A DNA stretch of 64,000 nucleotides from Chrysomallon squamiferum (GCA_012295275.1 CM022666.1:3844001-3908000); one strand, 5' to 3'. Shown: positions 43,322 through 58,739, counted from the stretch's first letter. The notes: a model not told the origin generated them from the letters alone. A program made the numbers and translations.

Positions 43322-46300
43322 TTTTATAACTTTACAGCGACCAGTGAGAGGAAACTTGGGCTCGGTGATGGCAAAAATCATTGTCTGAACGATTTTGTAA
43401 TTTTAAACCCTAATATTTGAAGAAAAAAAAAAATTTAGAAGTTTAATTTGTATTTAAATATAACTTGAAATGAGAATTAACTTGTATTTAGTGACTTTTT
43501 GTTACTTATATACATTCAGTTTTTTTTTTTTTTTTTTTTTTTTTTATCCTATTTGTTTCAAGCCTATTCAAGCAATAGAATTCTAAATGTATTGTTTGGT
43601 TGTTGTTTTTTTTTTTTTAATTAATTTATGTTTTTTCAAATTATATAATATTGCTCTGAACCTTAATATAAAATTACCATGACAACCCCATGCACTTAAA
43701 TTAAGAATCTTTTAAAAAAAATTAAAAGAAATAAAAAGAAAACAATCCTAAAAATAGTGTCAGTGATTGTTTTACATTTAACATTGCCAACTGTTGACTG
43801 TGTAAAAATAAAATTTAAATATAACAAAATTTAGAAATTGATATACTGTTAAAAGGGTTGTTTAACATGTAATGAAAACAATTCACACACTTCTCGTTAA
43901 TTAATTTATTTATTCAACAGTGAACCTTTGTTTTATTTTATTTAATATCATTGTTTTAAATATTACTGTAATCACTTTATAATCTTAAGGTATTTATAAA
44001 TTATTAATGTGCAATATATCTGTATATAGATGAGAATTTTGTTTCTCATAATATTCAGTAAACATGCAACTTTTATTTGATCTTTTTGTTACATATCTTT
44101 TTTTTTTTCTTTTTTTTTATATAACAACTGGGGATGGAGTAAGCTTTTTTCTTCTTTTTTTATGTTTTTGCTTTTCCTTGTTTTTCTATGTTTTGTTTGT
44201 TTTATTGTTTCAGAAACTTTTTAAGACATCATTAAAATTTAATTATATCAAAAAACAGAGAGATATCTTCCTCTCGTTCAGCTTTCAACATTAAATCTGT
44301 CTAGATTAAATGATTTTTAATTTATTTATTTATTGATTGATTTATTGATTTATTTATATATTTCTGAGTAATTGGTGTTTAATGTGTTTGAATCTCATAA
44401 GAAATCCTATCTATAATTTAAAAAAATATATATTGTTATTTGTTAATTGGCACCTACAGTCTCCAGAGTTTTACCTACAAAGTGAAGCATTAATATTACC
44501 ATAAGTAAAGGTTTTAGCATTGGTGAATTAATATTTACTGTTAATCAAATTCCAAGTCAAACTTATGATTAGCAGCAGGTGTTTTTTTTTTTTTTTTTTT
44601 TAATCTTAATTAACCAATCACAGAGCACCTGTTAGAACTGGATAGTATTTACATATGACAGCACCTGTATCTGTTTGTCAGAATAAAATTTTGATGTGCA
44701 GTCAAGCCTGTGAAAATGTTGTCAGTCATCAATTTTATATCTCATTTTATTCTGAAATTAACTGAGGTAGATATATTGTATTAGACATAATGCAAAAATA
44801 TCTGTAACAGAAATAATTGTATGTGGGTAATATTTATACATTATAATTGTTTTATTCAGTAAAATTAGCAAAATATGATAAATGCAAAAAGGGTTAACAA
44901 AACATTTTATTTTACTTATTTTGATTGATTTCACAGATTATTATCATGATTTTTTGACTGCTTGTACAATGATCTTACATGTATGATTTTGTCCACACTT
45001 GTATATATTTTTATCAGATAGTGTAAATAGGTGTATATCACTCTAAATTATGACAAAGAATGTATAGGATATTCATGCCTGAATTTTTAATTTAAATTAG
45101 AAGATATTTGGTGTGCATTCCATTTATCAAAAAATAAAGTTGATAATGCTTAAAATTCACTCAGAATAATTTTATGTATTTATTTATTTATATATCTATT
45201 TTTCTCTCTCTCTTTATCTGTAATATTATTTAATAAACTAAAATGCTTGGGACCAGAATGATTTATTTCCAAGTAATAAAAATACATTTGTTTCAATAAT
45301 AAAACTTATACATTGTTGCAAGTTAGTTTTGTACAGTTACTAATTTTTATATATGTTTTAACAAATTTTGTGTAGACTCTGCCACCAGTTTGTAAAAGTT
45401 TTGAAATTTCAGATATGGAATGTTTAGTCTATAATATTGTCAAATGTGTCAGTGTAGACAATTATGTATGTTTATCTTGATACACAAGTTACACAAGGCT
45501 AGTCCATTTGTGAAGTGTATAATAAACTTTATAATTCATGTATGTAAAAATTTTGGGAGGAGTTTTTGTTCATATATATATATAAATGTATTGTTTGGTT
45601 TGTTTGTTAGTTAGATGCTACAAAGTAGTTATAAATCTCACAAATATAATATGATTAAGATTTATCAAATGTTTTTTAAAAATACCACTATTAAAGATTC
45701 AGTAATTCATAATTAATTACATTTTGATTAATTATGTCATTCATATATCAGGAATGATACTTTTAAAATTAATAAAAGTTTATGGTTTCTTTCACAAAAC
45801 AATTAATTAATGTAAAACAGAGACATTATTTATATGACCAGCCATGATGAATTCATTTGACAGCAACTCTAATGTAGGTGCTTTGTTTGTAACATAAACC
45901 TAAGTGATGTAATCATTCAATAAAGAAATTGTGATGATCATCATCATCCTTTTTGTTTTTATTTTATATCAGTTCACATTAATTGGATCAAATAAGCAAA
46001 AAACAAATTAGTTTAGGGGGCTAGCCCAGGAAGTGAAGGATATCAGTACTCGTTAGGCCACGGTTGCTCTCTTTGCTAGATGGCCAGGTTGAAGAAATGA
46101 CTTCTTGTTAGGTTGTGCTATGTAGACTAAATTCTTAAGCTGTTTCTGGACCCTTACAGTGGAGAAAATTGAACGGAACAGTTTCAGTTGTACTGTTGAA
46201 AGTGTCTGATGGACAATTTACGTTTTAAATTCTATTTTAGTAGTTTTCAGGATCAATTAGCCTTTGTGCACTTACATCTGGGACTTTTTCATTATTAAAA

Positions 46301-47617
46301 AATAAACAGGTTTTTTTCCCGCTGTAAAGACCTGTATGTGATTACTTGGTCTAACAGTCTATGAATCATTAAGTTTTCTTCTCATATCATATTATGAATA
46401 TTTATGATGATGTCTTTTAGAAATTAGTATTTGTGGAATAAGAAAATATTCAATGAATTAACAAGTTTTCTTCTCATATCATTATAATATAACTAAGTAT
46501 GATTTACCATACAAATATAAATCCTTAGAAATCACAATATTGACTTTGCAGTATATATATTGATAATCAGTTTGAACAGAATCTCTAGTATATCAAATCA
46601 TGTTTTTGTCAGACCAGTACAAAGCCTATATGTTGTCAGTTAAATAAAAGTAAAAATTTAAATTCCCAATGCATGCATCAATGATAGTTTATAAATTATC
46701 ATTAGCATCTACTTATTCTTGTGGAGCTCTGGCTAGAACTAGAAAAAACCTAAACAAAAGAGCATCCTCTTTAATATTTATTGCTTATAAAAGAATAATT
46801 TTAATTGTTTTTTAAAATGTTCTCTTCTGTGTACAGATATTGTACAGTTTGTGTTTAGCTGATATATGAATGTGTTAGATGTATTAGATCTTTCATGATT
46901 ATTTTTATCATCTGACATGGTCTCTCTATATATAGATGACATAAGATGTAAGATCTTATTCCTACATTTCGTAATTAATATATCAAACATTTTTATCATC
47001 CCAACAAGAAGACTCGTGATTTTTCACAAATCTTTTCCGTTTTAATATAGTGTCCTTTACAAGATGCACTGTAATCTTATTAACTGCACCCACATTCTGA
47101 ATATGGATTAAACATTAGTCTTGTAAACAAAACAATTTAATAATAGTAAAGTCTAAAAAATAAAAACAAGAATAACACAATTCCATGACAAATATCTTGA
47201 ATTTCTTTTGTGCTTTTCAAATTTTTATTATTATTATACATAATGTCATAAGTTGAGTATGAAATAATGTCATTTAGGATCAGGAAATAGCAGCTTCTGT
47301 ATCTCTTTACAGGCTTGTCGTATACTGCCATACTTTATTACTGGGAAAGTTAGTGTATGGTAACAAAAGAAATGATCAAAATAGTTTTTACACAAGACAA
47401 TATCAATACTTAACATTAATCTTCAACAGATAAAGACTGTTTGGCAGACACTTTACCAAGATAAAAACAAAATGTTCAGTTTAAACTGTATACAAAATGC
47501 AGTGGTTTTAGGTTTCGCTTATCCATAACATTATTGGTGCAATTTTTACAGATCTGTTCAGATTTATGAAAGAGCAAATGAAAATTTCCAATTTCTGTCA
47601 AACAATCTGCATAACTT

Positions 47618-50600
47618 TCAGATTAGATCATCATCCAGCTTGCATTTTTTGGCCTGTGTCTCCACGAAAGACTGTAAAATAATAATAATGACGATATTAA
47701 TATCAGCAGTAACAATAAAAATAAAATAATGAATGTTTAATGACTTCCCAGCATGAAAAATGGATCGACTGTTGGGTGTCAAGTAAAAGGTATAGAAGTT
47801 ATTCATATCAAATTAAATAGTAAAATAATTACAGAATGTTCAAAATTTTTTAAAGAGCTGTACTAAATATCAATAATATTTATATAAAAAAAATAACAAA
47901 AGCAACCATGATAATGTTATTATAATTATAATAATAATAATAATAATAATAATAAACAGCCATAATGATATTCTAATAACTAACAATAGCAAAAATTACA
48001 AAAACAACAGAAAAACTATTATAAAAATAAAAATCATAATAGGCAGCCCCTTCTCTCTTTTTGTTTGTTTAAATAAATTTTACAAAGATAACAGAAACAG
48101 CAAATACAAACAGCCTTTAAACAAGTAGCAGTAGATTATCCAACAGCTGCTTTAAGAATATCATAAAACTGATTGTAAACATTCTTAATGCAATAATAAT
48201 ATGATTGGCAAAACGTTACCTTCATGAAAGATACAACCATTAAGCGAATAATTTCTTTTCAACTGAAAGTTCAAAAATGATAATAAATTAAATTATTTCT
48301 TCACCTCTGATTTGATTTCGTTTAATTCACTTTGTATTTCTCTTATATCTTTTATTAATGTGTTTAGCTGACTGGTACAATGGATCAGAGAATCCTTCAG
48401 ATCTGAAACTGAAAAAAAAAAAAAAAAATAAGAAAAATATTATTTTTCAGTTCTGTTCATACTAAACATAATTTTACACCAATTTTAAAGTACAGTTTAC
48501 AATCGAGTTTCTGGACATAATAATCTGAAACATCTTCTACACTGGATAAAATTAAGATATTGTATTTCAAATTCATTAAAGTTGAAATTCATTTTCTGAT
48601 TTAATTGACATAGCCTATATTAATAAACTTGTACTATTTACAGTAATGTGTTTTATTTAATCATTTAATTTACGTTTTCAAACAATGCATTATACTTGAG
48701 ACAGGAGTAATAAATATTAGCTCTTTAGAGGTTTTTTTTTTTTTTAATGATTATTATGCAACTTCTTTTGTTCTCAAAAAATTAATAATACAAAAAGGCT
48801 TTTGAATTATTGGGTTCCAGAAATCTGTCCTACATGGCTGTAACTAGACTTTTTGAAATGTGGAAAAATACTTAATTGCCAAGTCAGTTATGTCTTTCAT
48901 CACAACGATGTTAGTAGACTTTAAACATAACCGTAGATATAAATGAATTCATTCAGTGGAATAGAGATTTAGAATTTAATTTTTTAAAATAAATCTTTGT
49001 ATATATATATATAAAAAAAAAAATTCTGTATGAGGCATTTGCCTCAATGTAGTTCCAGCCATGGTGTACTTGCATAAAAAAAAACTTGTCTACCTCATTG
49101 ATCATATACCTGAAATATTATCTTTAACTCATAAATCAATCATAAAAATCATAATAATTACTAAAATAACTGAACTATGAAAGATTGTATTTAATAAGCC
49201 TCCAAACCATGGCTGTGATAAAAATCATTATTTATTAGGCTTTCATGCAGCAAGTCCAAGAGATGATGAATTTATTGGTTAAATACTTCATATGCACTGA
49301 CTCATTGAAAAAACACCATGCTTTTAATATGGGAAAATGGACATTTTTTTAAATGATGTCTGAATTAGAAAATATACTACTGGCACAGGATATTTTATAT
49401 ATATATGCCTACCCATAGATAGGGAAAAAAACACAATCCACAGTCGTAAAGCACTAGTTGGAAAGGGCAGGATTTGATCCTGAAATCCATTACACCTTAG
49501 GCAAGTGTGTTACCTTTGACATAAATTTTTATTAGAATTCCTTTTTTTCTTCTAAAAATTGACTATTTTAATGATTTTAAAACAGAAATAAACCACTTAC
49601 TGCCAGCCGTACGAACAATGCTTCTCAAGGTTTTCATTTTTTTGAGCATGTTGCTAATTTTGGCCTGTGCTTGATCAGTTTCCCTGATGTCATTTGCAAT
49701 GCACATGTTTGCATATTTCACCTAGACAGAAAAACATTAAAAAAAAAAATTTAAAAAATGTGTGGTTGGTGATTGAATATGTAATAACTCAAAGTTGAAT
49801 ATCTCCACAACTGAACTTAATAACTGAAATCTTTTTCTTTGTTTTTTTATTTCTTTTGCATTTTCTCTTAATTTAGCTAAATAAAAACATAATATTTTTT
49901 TCAAATGTGTCCGTCATCCAGAATTTTCCTGTGCACAATCACATACAAGTACCTTTCACCAGTTTCATTTCTAAGCACAATTAAGAAAAATTCAGAAACT
50001 TACGGCCATGATTTTGTTCCTTAGTTCTTCCACTTCTTTGTCAAGTGCATGCATCTCTTTTCCAGTGACAGGTTGAGTCACCTGTATCTTGTCTTCAGGT
50101 AACACAATGTTATGTGGGATGTGGAAAATATTTTCATCCAGGTAAATCTGTAAGACACATATAACAATCAATTTATATATATAGTCAACAAGCATTGATC
50201 AATACATTATTATGTAACATATTTACAGATACATACATATAAATACATAAATATTCATGCACACATGCATGCTAACGAAATATACACAAGAAGCGTGGAT
50301 TTGTGAAACGAAACTTCTGGAACTTGCACAGATAATTTACTTTGCTGGATTTTGGGTGGGTTTTTTTCAGTCCTACACTGAAAGCACTCTCTTTTCATAA
50401 CCTTGTTTCTTCAATTTAATATAATTAGCAAAGTGGCTTTGGTTTAAACTGTAATTTAATAAAACATTAAAATCAAATTCAAAATAAGCAGGTTGACAAC
50501 CTTTTTGTGTTAAATAAAAACATACTCTAAAACTGAATTCCAAAGAAAACCAAATTTAAATCTTACCTCCAACTTGTCAAAGGCTCTGTCAATTGTTTTA

Positions 50601-51676
50601 ACAACATGAGGTTTTAATCTAGACATCGCTCCTTCAATTTCATTTTTAGGCATTATATCATGACACTATATAAAAAAAATAAGAAAACAATAAATGTATT
50701 TGTTTTCTTTCAAATAAACTTATAAAGGCACCGATTTTCTGTTTAAGTATTTTAAAAATTATATTCAGGAGTTTTATTTGGCGTTTTCTCTCCAGTTTAA
50801 TATAAATTAAAAGTTCAAACTGCAATATCAAACTGTTTTATTTTTTATTTTATTTACTTTTTTAAATCTAGGAATTACAACCAGTTTTAAAAAAATGCAT
50901 CGTAGTATCATACTGATGTCATTGTTGAGTAATTATTATTTTTATCAAATCTACAAGGATCATAACTAATCAATCATGTAACAAACCACCTCTGTGTATT
51001 TATTATTTTCAATAAAGCCAAGCTTATGAAAAATAAAAAGCACAAAGGAACAAACATTTTCTTATAAAATATATACCTCTTCTTGCATTACAGATTCAAC
51101 AGTAGCTATAGCTTCAAAAATATATTCACTAACAGCATTGTAGACTGAAATTAAATTATTAAAATTAGATTTTAATATTATTATCAACAAGACATATATT
51201 AAATAAATTTAAATAATAATAATAAGAAGAAGAAGAAGAAGAAGAAAGAATTTATGAGAAATAAACAAATGTGAAATATTTCCTTTATCAGATAAAATAA
51301 AATTAAGTAAGAAATAATGACTATTTTATAAAGAAATGAAAGCAGAGACCAAGCCTAGGACGGAAAATACTCCAAAAGACATTCCGAAAAGGATTGATCT
51401 AACAACCAATGTGACCTCGGACGAGTGCACTATTGATAATTGAGTATTGTCAAAATCGAAAATGTATTTAGTTATTTACTTATTATGTAGCTCGTTTACT
51501 GTTCTTCACGAACACTTACTTCCATTATAGAAGGATTTAGGCGTGAAACCTAAATACTGAGTTTCATAAACTGCATTATCATCTGCCGTTTCTTTAGTCT
51601 CCTCTTGAACTGAATTTTCATCTGTAACTGACGACAGTGATGTGAAATTGCTGTAGGCACTGTTATTCGCCGACAT
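47618..51676 (-). CDS. MIS12: Kinetochore protein MIS12 homolog, 248 aa
   Basis: Exons 51520-51676 (YETQYLGFTPKSF), 51077-51144 (IYNAV), 50567-50665 (AFDKLE), 50004-50147 (YLDENIFHIPHNIVLPEDK), 49601-49721, 48305-48408, 47618-47671. Mis12 family motifs YE-Q-xGFTP and IP-x-LPED, followed by coiled coil. Confidence 0.9.
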
Positions 51677-51840
51677 TTTGGGCTAAAACAAAAATTTAAC
51701 AGTCTCTTTTCTGTATGTTTTGATTTATTACTTTTATATATCAGTAATAAATATTTCATTTTAAGTAACTGCATTGCCCATTACTCCTTACCTCCATTAA
51801 TACCCCCAAAAAAGAACGTCGAATGTAAAAGTGCACTTAC

Positions 51841-51905
51841 TTTTTAAATCTTGTTAATACTTCCCGCCATTGTGATAATAATTCAAAAGAGTTACTCCCC
51901 TTATC
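51841..51905 (-). promoter_or_regulatory. MIS12 promoter and short first exon with an E2F-like site
   Basis: TTCCCGCC at 51861-51868 (E2F-like, fits a cell-cycle gene); GTAAGT donor at 51840. Confidence 0.55.
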
Positions 51906-52351
51906 GAAATTATATAAATTAAAATGAATAAAGTATATAAAATAATGATAATAAAAACCAGTGTCTTTTTCCCCTTTTTCTTCGAGGATTTTATTATTTA
52001 TTTATTTTGCTAGTTTGTTTCATTTTCTTCCACGATTGATTTTTATTGTTGTTGTTTTTACCTTGTTCGCACTCCTTTTCAACACTACGTTTTCACAGAA
52101 AATATTGATACATAATTAAATAAGTTCGAACTTCAGATACATTTCTTAAATAGTAAATGATACATAAATAGTGACAAATGTTTCACTCTATATTGGAAAG
52201 TTAATTTAATTTAGTTAATCAAGACTCCTTACATATATAACACACAGACTAAAGAAGATGGGGGAAAAAAAAGAAGAAAAAGGGAGTATAAGGAGAAATT
52301 CAAAAGCAAAGATACGTAAAAAGAAGAAATCCACATAAGAATGGAAAAAAA

Positions 52352-52401
<50 letters not shown>

Positions 52402-53304
52402 GTTTATCATTATTATATAATAAGTGCAAAATAAGTCCATTAATATAGTATTAATATAATCATAAAAATTCATTTCAAACTCTTTTCCGAGTGACTTTAT
52501 TAAAATATTAATACAAAGACACATACATACTAAAATATATGCATACATAAATACACGTCTGAATACATACATAAATTTGATAAATATATATACATACATA
52601 TACACGTACACATGTATAAACGTACGCATGAACATGCTTGTGTTCATGAAACAGCAGTTAAAAATAAATAGCTGCAGGAAACTTGTCTTTATATGGTTTA
52701 CGAACATCTTTCTTTCTTTCTTTTTTTTTTTTTTTTTTTTTTTTTTTTGTTTATCAACAATTATTATTGTTTATAATTTTTTAGTTATTAATATTATTAT
52801 TATTTTATTTTATTTTATATATATGTGTGTGTGTTCATTTATTTTTATCTTATTATATATATAATTATTATTTCTTATTTACTTATTTATTTTATTTATT
52901 TTTTTTATACATATATTTTTTTTAATTATTATTTTTATTATTTTACTTTATTTATTTATTTATTTTTTTTTTTTTTTGGTTTTGTCTCCTTGATTTTTCC
53001 GTCTGAATATTTTATCATTTCAGAAAATGAAGGAGGGAAAAAAAGTTAAAGCAGGATTCCAGCTACGACCTTTTGCTTATTTCAGCCAGTTCTCCATAAC
53101 GACCGGTATATTAAAGGTCGTGTAGTACCCGAATTTAGTCATGTGTTTATGCATGCAAGGGCGTATTAAGATTTGTTTAACGGGGGGGGGGGCAAAACAC
53201 ATGAATCCAGTTTACTAAAACTGTTTCAATCTGTATAATATTGTCGGTGCAGTGAATCTTTTACCATAGGGTAGTAAAATACTTGGAAAACACTTATATA
53301 AATA

Positions 53305-53745
53305 AGGTTGATGTATATGTTTTTATTTGTGAAACGCACTTACATAATTAAGTACGATGTAAATGTTTTTTATTTGTGAAATGCACTTACTTAATTAAGT
53401 ACAATGTATATGTATTTATGTGTGAAATACTCTTATATAATTAAGTGTGATTTATCTGTTTTTATTTGTGAAATGCACGTACGTAATTTAGTGTGATGCA
53501 TGTGTTTTTATGCGTGAAATGTACTTATATAGTTAACTACGTTGCATATGTTTTTGGGTGTGAAATGCACTTACATAATTAAGTACAATGCATATGTTTT
53601 TATTTGTGAAATTCACTTACGTAATTAAGTACGATGTATATGTATTTATGTGTGAAATGCACTTACATAATTAAGCGTAATGCATATTTTTGGGCGTGTG
53701 AAATGCACATATATAATTAAGTACAATGCACATGTTCTTATGTGT
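53305..53745. repeat. Minisatellite, ~46-bp unit, ~9 copies
   Basis: GTGAAATGCACTTACATAATTAAGTACAATG-like unit starting near 53329, 53376, 53423, 53468, 53514, 53560, 53606, 53652, 53698. Confidence 0.9.
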
Positions 53746-54999
53746 GTATCTGGTTGCATACGCGCTCTTTGTATGTGGGTATGTACGTTTGTGCGTAAGG
53801 CCTAAGTATGTATACATTTAAGTATGCATATGTGAATGCTCATCCATTCATCTATTTCTTTCTATTTCTGTTTTTCTTCCTTTGAATCTGCCTCTCACGT
53901 ATCACTATCTGTAAATATATATCTGTATGTATGTAATTCCATGCTGATGAAAGAGATAAAAGTAGTATTTTAAGGTGGAATCAGAAACTTTTACCTCCCA
54001 CCATAATTACAAATATGACTCGACTGATGAGTTATCGTCTTAAATAGAAAAGAAACAAAACGTGCTGTTAAATAACAAAAAAAAAAAAAAAAAAAAATCA
54101 TTAATTCATTCATAACCGAGGACACATGAAACAAAGCAGTACTATTTTAAATAACTTCATTCATCAGAAGAAAAAATTAAATACTGAATTTATAAATATG
54201 CATTGATTTTTAAATCCACTAATTCGCGAGAATGATTACAATAAATAGAAGCGTAAATGACTGACAATGCAAAATATATATATATATATATTTTTTTTCG
54301 TTCTCTCTTTATTTTAAATCTTAAAATACATGATTTCACCCAAAAACCTTATACATTTATCTGAAATAATGTTATTTATTCTCTTTTACTGGGGATATTT
54401 CGATTTATTATCGTTGTTACTATTATTAATTATTTTAAATTATTTTTAGTGATATCTGTATTTTTGCTATAACATTCTGAAACAGGATTCAACTCTTACT
54501 GAAAACTGTCTACTTTCTTTTTCTTTATTTTAAATATTTGTAATGTATGTACATGTGTGTGTTCGAACTTTTATATATGTTTGTATGTGTGTGTGGCTAT
54601 GTATGCCTGCATGTAAGTATGTGACGTATAATTTATTTTAATAATCAAAGACACTGTTATTTCCTATTTGAAATTTGAAAACAATTTCTTTCGATATTAT
54701 AACTCAGTAATATTTATCTAATTAATCCACTGAACGCAATCCTTATTAGGTGTCTTTACATTTTTCTCAATCTAACCATTGCTCAATTACACTAGATCGA
54801 CATCGAAAACACGTATCTTTTTCTTTCACTGGCAAGATTACTGAAACACTATGATAACCGGTAAACATTTTAAATTTTTTATTTTTATGCACCCCCACCA
54901 GTTGTTTTCTTGTTTCGCCATTTCAATGAGTCCTTGATCTAATAATTATTGTTTTAATTCATGTGATGAGGTGCTAAATATTCCATTTCTGCCCGAATA

Positions 55000-56299
55000 T
55001 CCTGATCCTTCTTCAGAGTTTACAGCGACTACACGAGAGCAGACAATCTAGAGCAAACAGCAGCGCATAACATTAAGATCAATATCAACAGACCCTCTAC
55101 CCGTTACGATATATTTACGGTTGGATTTCCCCAAAGTTAACTAATAAACAGCTTGTTGACTCGCTTCACTTAGCGAACGAGTGCGGGGGATTCCCAAGCG
55201 TAATGGTGACATCATGAAAGTCACGTGATGTCTGCTCCTGAAATGAACACGAGAAATTCCGTTTTAATGTTGGTATATTAATGATACAGAAAAAGATCGA
55301 AATGAACAAACTTGCTTAAAATATTTGCATGACATAAAATAAAACAAGAAAAATAAAATCAGAATCAAATTCTTAATTTTAAGAAAGAACAGCAAGATAC
55401 AGCGCTATTAATGCTATCCCACCATTCATTGGACTGATTTCCTCTCAAAATATTCATCATGGCGGACTAGACGACAGGTAGTGTAACAGTTTTAAGAATT
55501 TTAATTTGTTGTAGTGTTTTGGTTATATTAAATAGTATTTTATTATTGAAGACAGGATGGTTTATTCGATATTATTATTATACTCGACTGTGATAAACAG
55601 TGCATTGATAGTTTGGCCACGATTACCCGTAGTCTGTTAGCAGAAATTCCCGTAAAAACTCTTCCATTCATTAAAGTGGTACACTGACGTTGCAGGCTTT
55701 TTACGTTTTGACGATTCATACATTTAGTTCGTTTAACGCTATTTTTCAAGATATAGGTTATATGTAGTTTCTTAGATATTTTTCTCTATTTAAAATATTT
55801 CTGATTTAAAAACAAATTAACTTATGTCGGAAGTGCAACCCCCGTCAAAAAATAGGTGATCGCATTGTGATCGTGTGTGCGAATTTTAATATTTTGTTAA
55901 GCTGCAGATCTTATCATTTCGTTAATATTTTGGTTTGACAGCGTCATAAACATTGTTTAAGTATTTTAACTAGTGAATTAAAAAATAATAATCTTTATCG
56001 CTTGTCTATATAGCAGAGATTAAGAATATATATATATTTTTTAATTTTGCGATAAAATGGTATCTTCCATTTCGTTGATGCAGTTGGTCACTTGAGTGGG
56101 TGTTCCTAGTCTCTTGGTAACTGTGATGCCAGAGATCTCTCAGACCATAGCATTGTTCACAGAGTACAGTTAATTTTATTTTTTCAAGTTACAAATTTTG
56201 GTAGAGCAGCTTTGAATACAGAAACTACACAAAGCAAAGCGTGGGATGATACAAAAAACTATTGATTTTGGTTCAGAAGTTTGCCAGTATGGTTAAGAT
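55000..56299 (+). promoter_or_regulatory. Putative promoter and 5' exon of an unidentified gene
   Basis: CpG-enriched; kB-like GGATTTCCCC 55123-55132 and GGGGATTCCC 55186-55195; GTCACGTGAT 55220-55229; CGGAAGT 55828-55834; strong donor GTAAGT at 56300. Confidence 0.45.
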
Positions 56300-58022
56300 G
56301 TAAGTGATCTTTTGTACCATATGTTCATAATTTGTCTCGTTCGGCTGGGTCCTTTTATTTGAGAAGAACAATCTTTTGATGAAATTTCTGAAACATTCTT
56401 ATTATTACTGAACTACATGCATTGTTTTCATTACTCATGTATTTTTCTGAAATATTTAGAAAATGTTTTTAGCAAAATAATTAATATGTGTACTTTTCCA
56501 TAATTATAATATTTTCGTTATTTGTTTATTTAGTATTTTGAAATCATCATTTTAAAAACTTTGCATCATAAATATATTTAAAGAAAAAAATTAATACAAT
56601 GAAATTATAATTTCTTACTATTAAAAAAACTATATTGTCTACATGGCTGTCGCATGTATATATCTATATATGCCATAAATGACAGTTTGTATGACAATTA
56701 ACATATTAATGTCACTGGTATTGTAAGATTCAAATTTTCATCCAATATTTGTTTTTAGATTGATATTTCTAATTTTAGTTTTATGTTCAATTCTTTATCA
56801 CTATGATATGTCATTCTCTATGTATTTACATTAATTTACTTTGTAGATTGTGTGGGTGCATTAAAATGTATTGAAAAACAAATAGTGCAAGACGCAACAT
56901 ATTTAAATTGATTCAGAGATAATTTTTATTTTTGTCAAATTAATTTTGCAAAATTATTTATAATAGAAAATAATTAAAAAACAATAACGACAATTAAATA
57001 ATTACATTTTTTGTTCCATTATAAAATTTTAAAAAGAATAATTTAATGCTTATTAATTAATATATTTAATTATTGTAAATCATATATAAAAAAAATATTT
57101 ATTTATGTTTTGTAAGTGTACATATTTAAAATATTTGATTCATATTCATGAATTATTTTTTGTTAATGTCTTCATTTATATCTTCAAGTTCCAATTATTT
57201 ACAACTTTTAAAATTTAAAATTTCTTTTTTTAATTATTATTTCTTAAAATCCTGACTTCATTCGTTAGCAGTAAGCATTTTTTTTTTTTTTTTTAAATAG
57301 GTGAACTTTCAAGGTTTTTTGATTGTTGTTAAATTATGCTTTGAAAACAGGAAAAAACATCTTGTGAATTTGGATTCATAATCGTGCCAGTCACATAACA
57401 AATATTGTTAGTTAGCCCAACTATTTCGTGCCATCTTTATATGTTAGCTGCATACATCTCAAATTATCGACAAATTCTTTTCTGTTCTTTCATTTTTCTG
57501 ATTCTCTTTTTTCTTCTTTCTCTTTCCCTTAATTTATCTCTGTCTTTCTGTTTCTTTCTATCTTTCTTTTAACATCCTTCAATACTTTTTAATTTTTTAT
57601 ATTCTTTTTCATCTCATTCAGTAAAGAACAAAAATCAGGATAAGAATCTCGATCTAGCGACCCATAGCGTTTCAGACAAGGTACAACAACTACCATTCAG
57701 AACACAATTAATGCTTTAATTATACTAATTAAAAATAACTGAAATTCATTAGAGTATATTTTGCAGCCATCTGTTACAAGCTGATATGGTAATTTATTCA
57801 ACAAATAAAGTGTTTTTTTTTGGTTTAGCCCTTGTGCATAACTAACACCCCAGCACCTGACATTTTTAATTAATTAATATTAATTACTGAAACAGTCTGT
57901 TTAATCCTTACTTATATATATATATATAAATATAAAATTTGGCAAAATTGGATAACATTTATTTTAACAGAAAAACAACAACCTGTAAACACTGATTATA
58001 TTGTATGTGTATGTGTATCTCT

Positions 58023-58069
<47 letters not shown>

Positions 58070-58444
58070 AATGTTGGTATCATGTATTGTATGTGTACAT
58101 GTATACTGAATGAAAAAATGGATTTTTCAATATTACTTAATGTGCCATTTTGTATTTTTTTTTAAATGTACCAAGAAGTGTAAATTGCATGTAATATGTG
58201 TGCATGCAGATGTTTACTGTATAATCTTACGTTTGAAAAATGTATTACACTACCCTAACAAATGCAAATTGAGAATGTTAGTATTGTGGCCTTTGAAAAG
58301 GCTACTTATTTTATTGGATTTCTTATTTTGTTAATTATTGATTTATTTATTTGTTATTTTTTTCGTCTTACAGTTTAAAAAAAAAAGAAGTAATTTATGT
58401 ATTTCAAAAAAATAAGACTTTTAAACAATGCCCCAATAATGATG

Positions 58445-58484
<40 letters not shown>

Positions 58485-58538
58485 GTGATGTTTTACCTGC
58501 CTTTTTTTCTGTTTCATTTAGTGTTTTTGAGAACAAAA

Positions 58539-58573
<35 letters not shown>

Positions 58574-58704
58574 AACAAAAAACTAAAAACAGAAACAAAA
58601 AAAAGCAAAAGCAAACAAAAATACTTCCCCTAACTTTCTCACAAAACATAGTAACAAAAATTTCTTTTCAAAACTAGATTTTTTTTCAAATTAAAAATTG
58701 AAAA

Positions 58705-58739
<35 letters not shown>

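Noticed and set aside
46010-46350. GC-richer segment between FIS1 and MIS12
   Set aside because: No open frame or recognisable motif; probably a decayed repeat.
54760-54921. Minus-strand gene starting MAKQENNW
   Set aside because: All plausible splice combinations reach stops quickly; no recognisable protein.
49450-57705. tRNA-like fragments (~49460, ~51380, ~53050, ~57640)
   Set aside because: Only vague B-box-like remnants with no cloverleaf; at most decayed SINEs.
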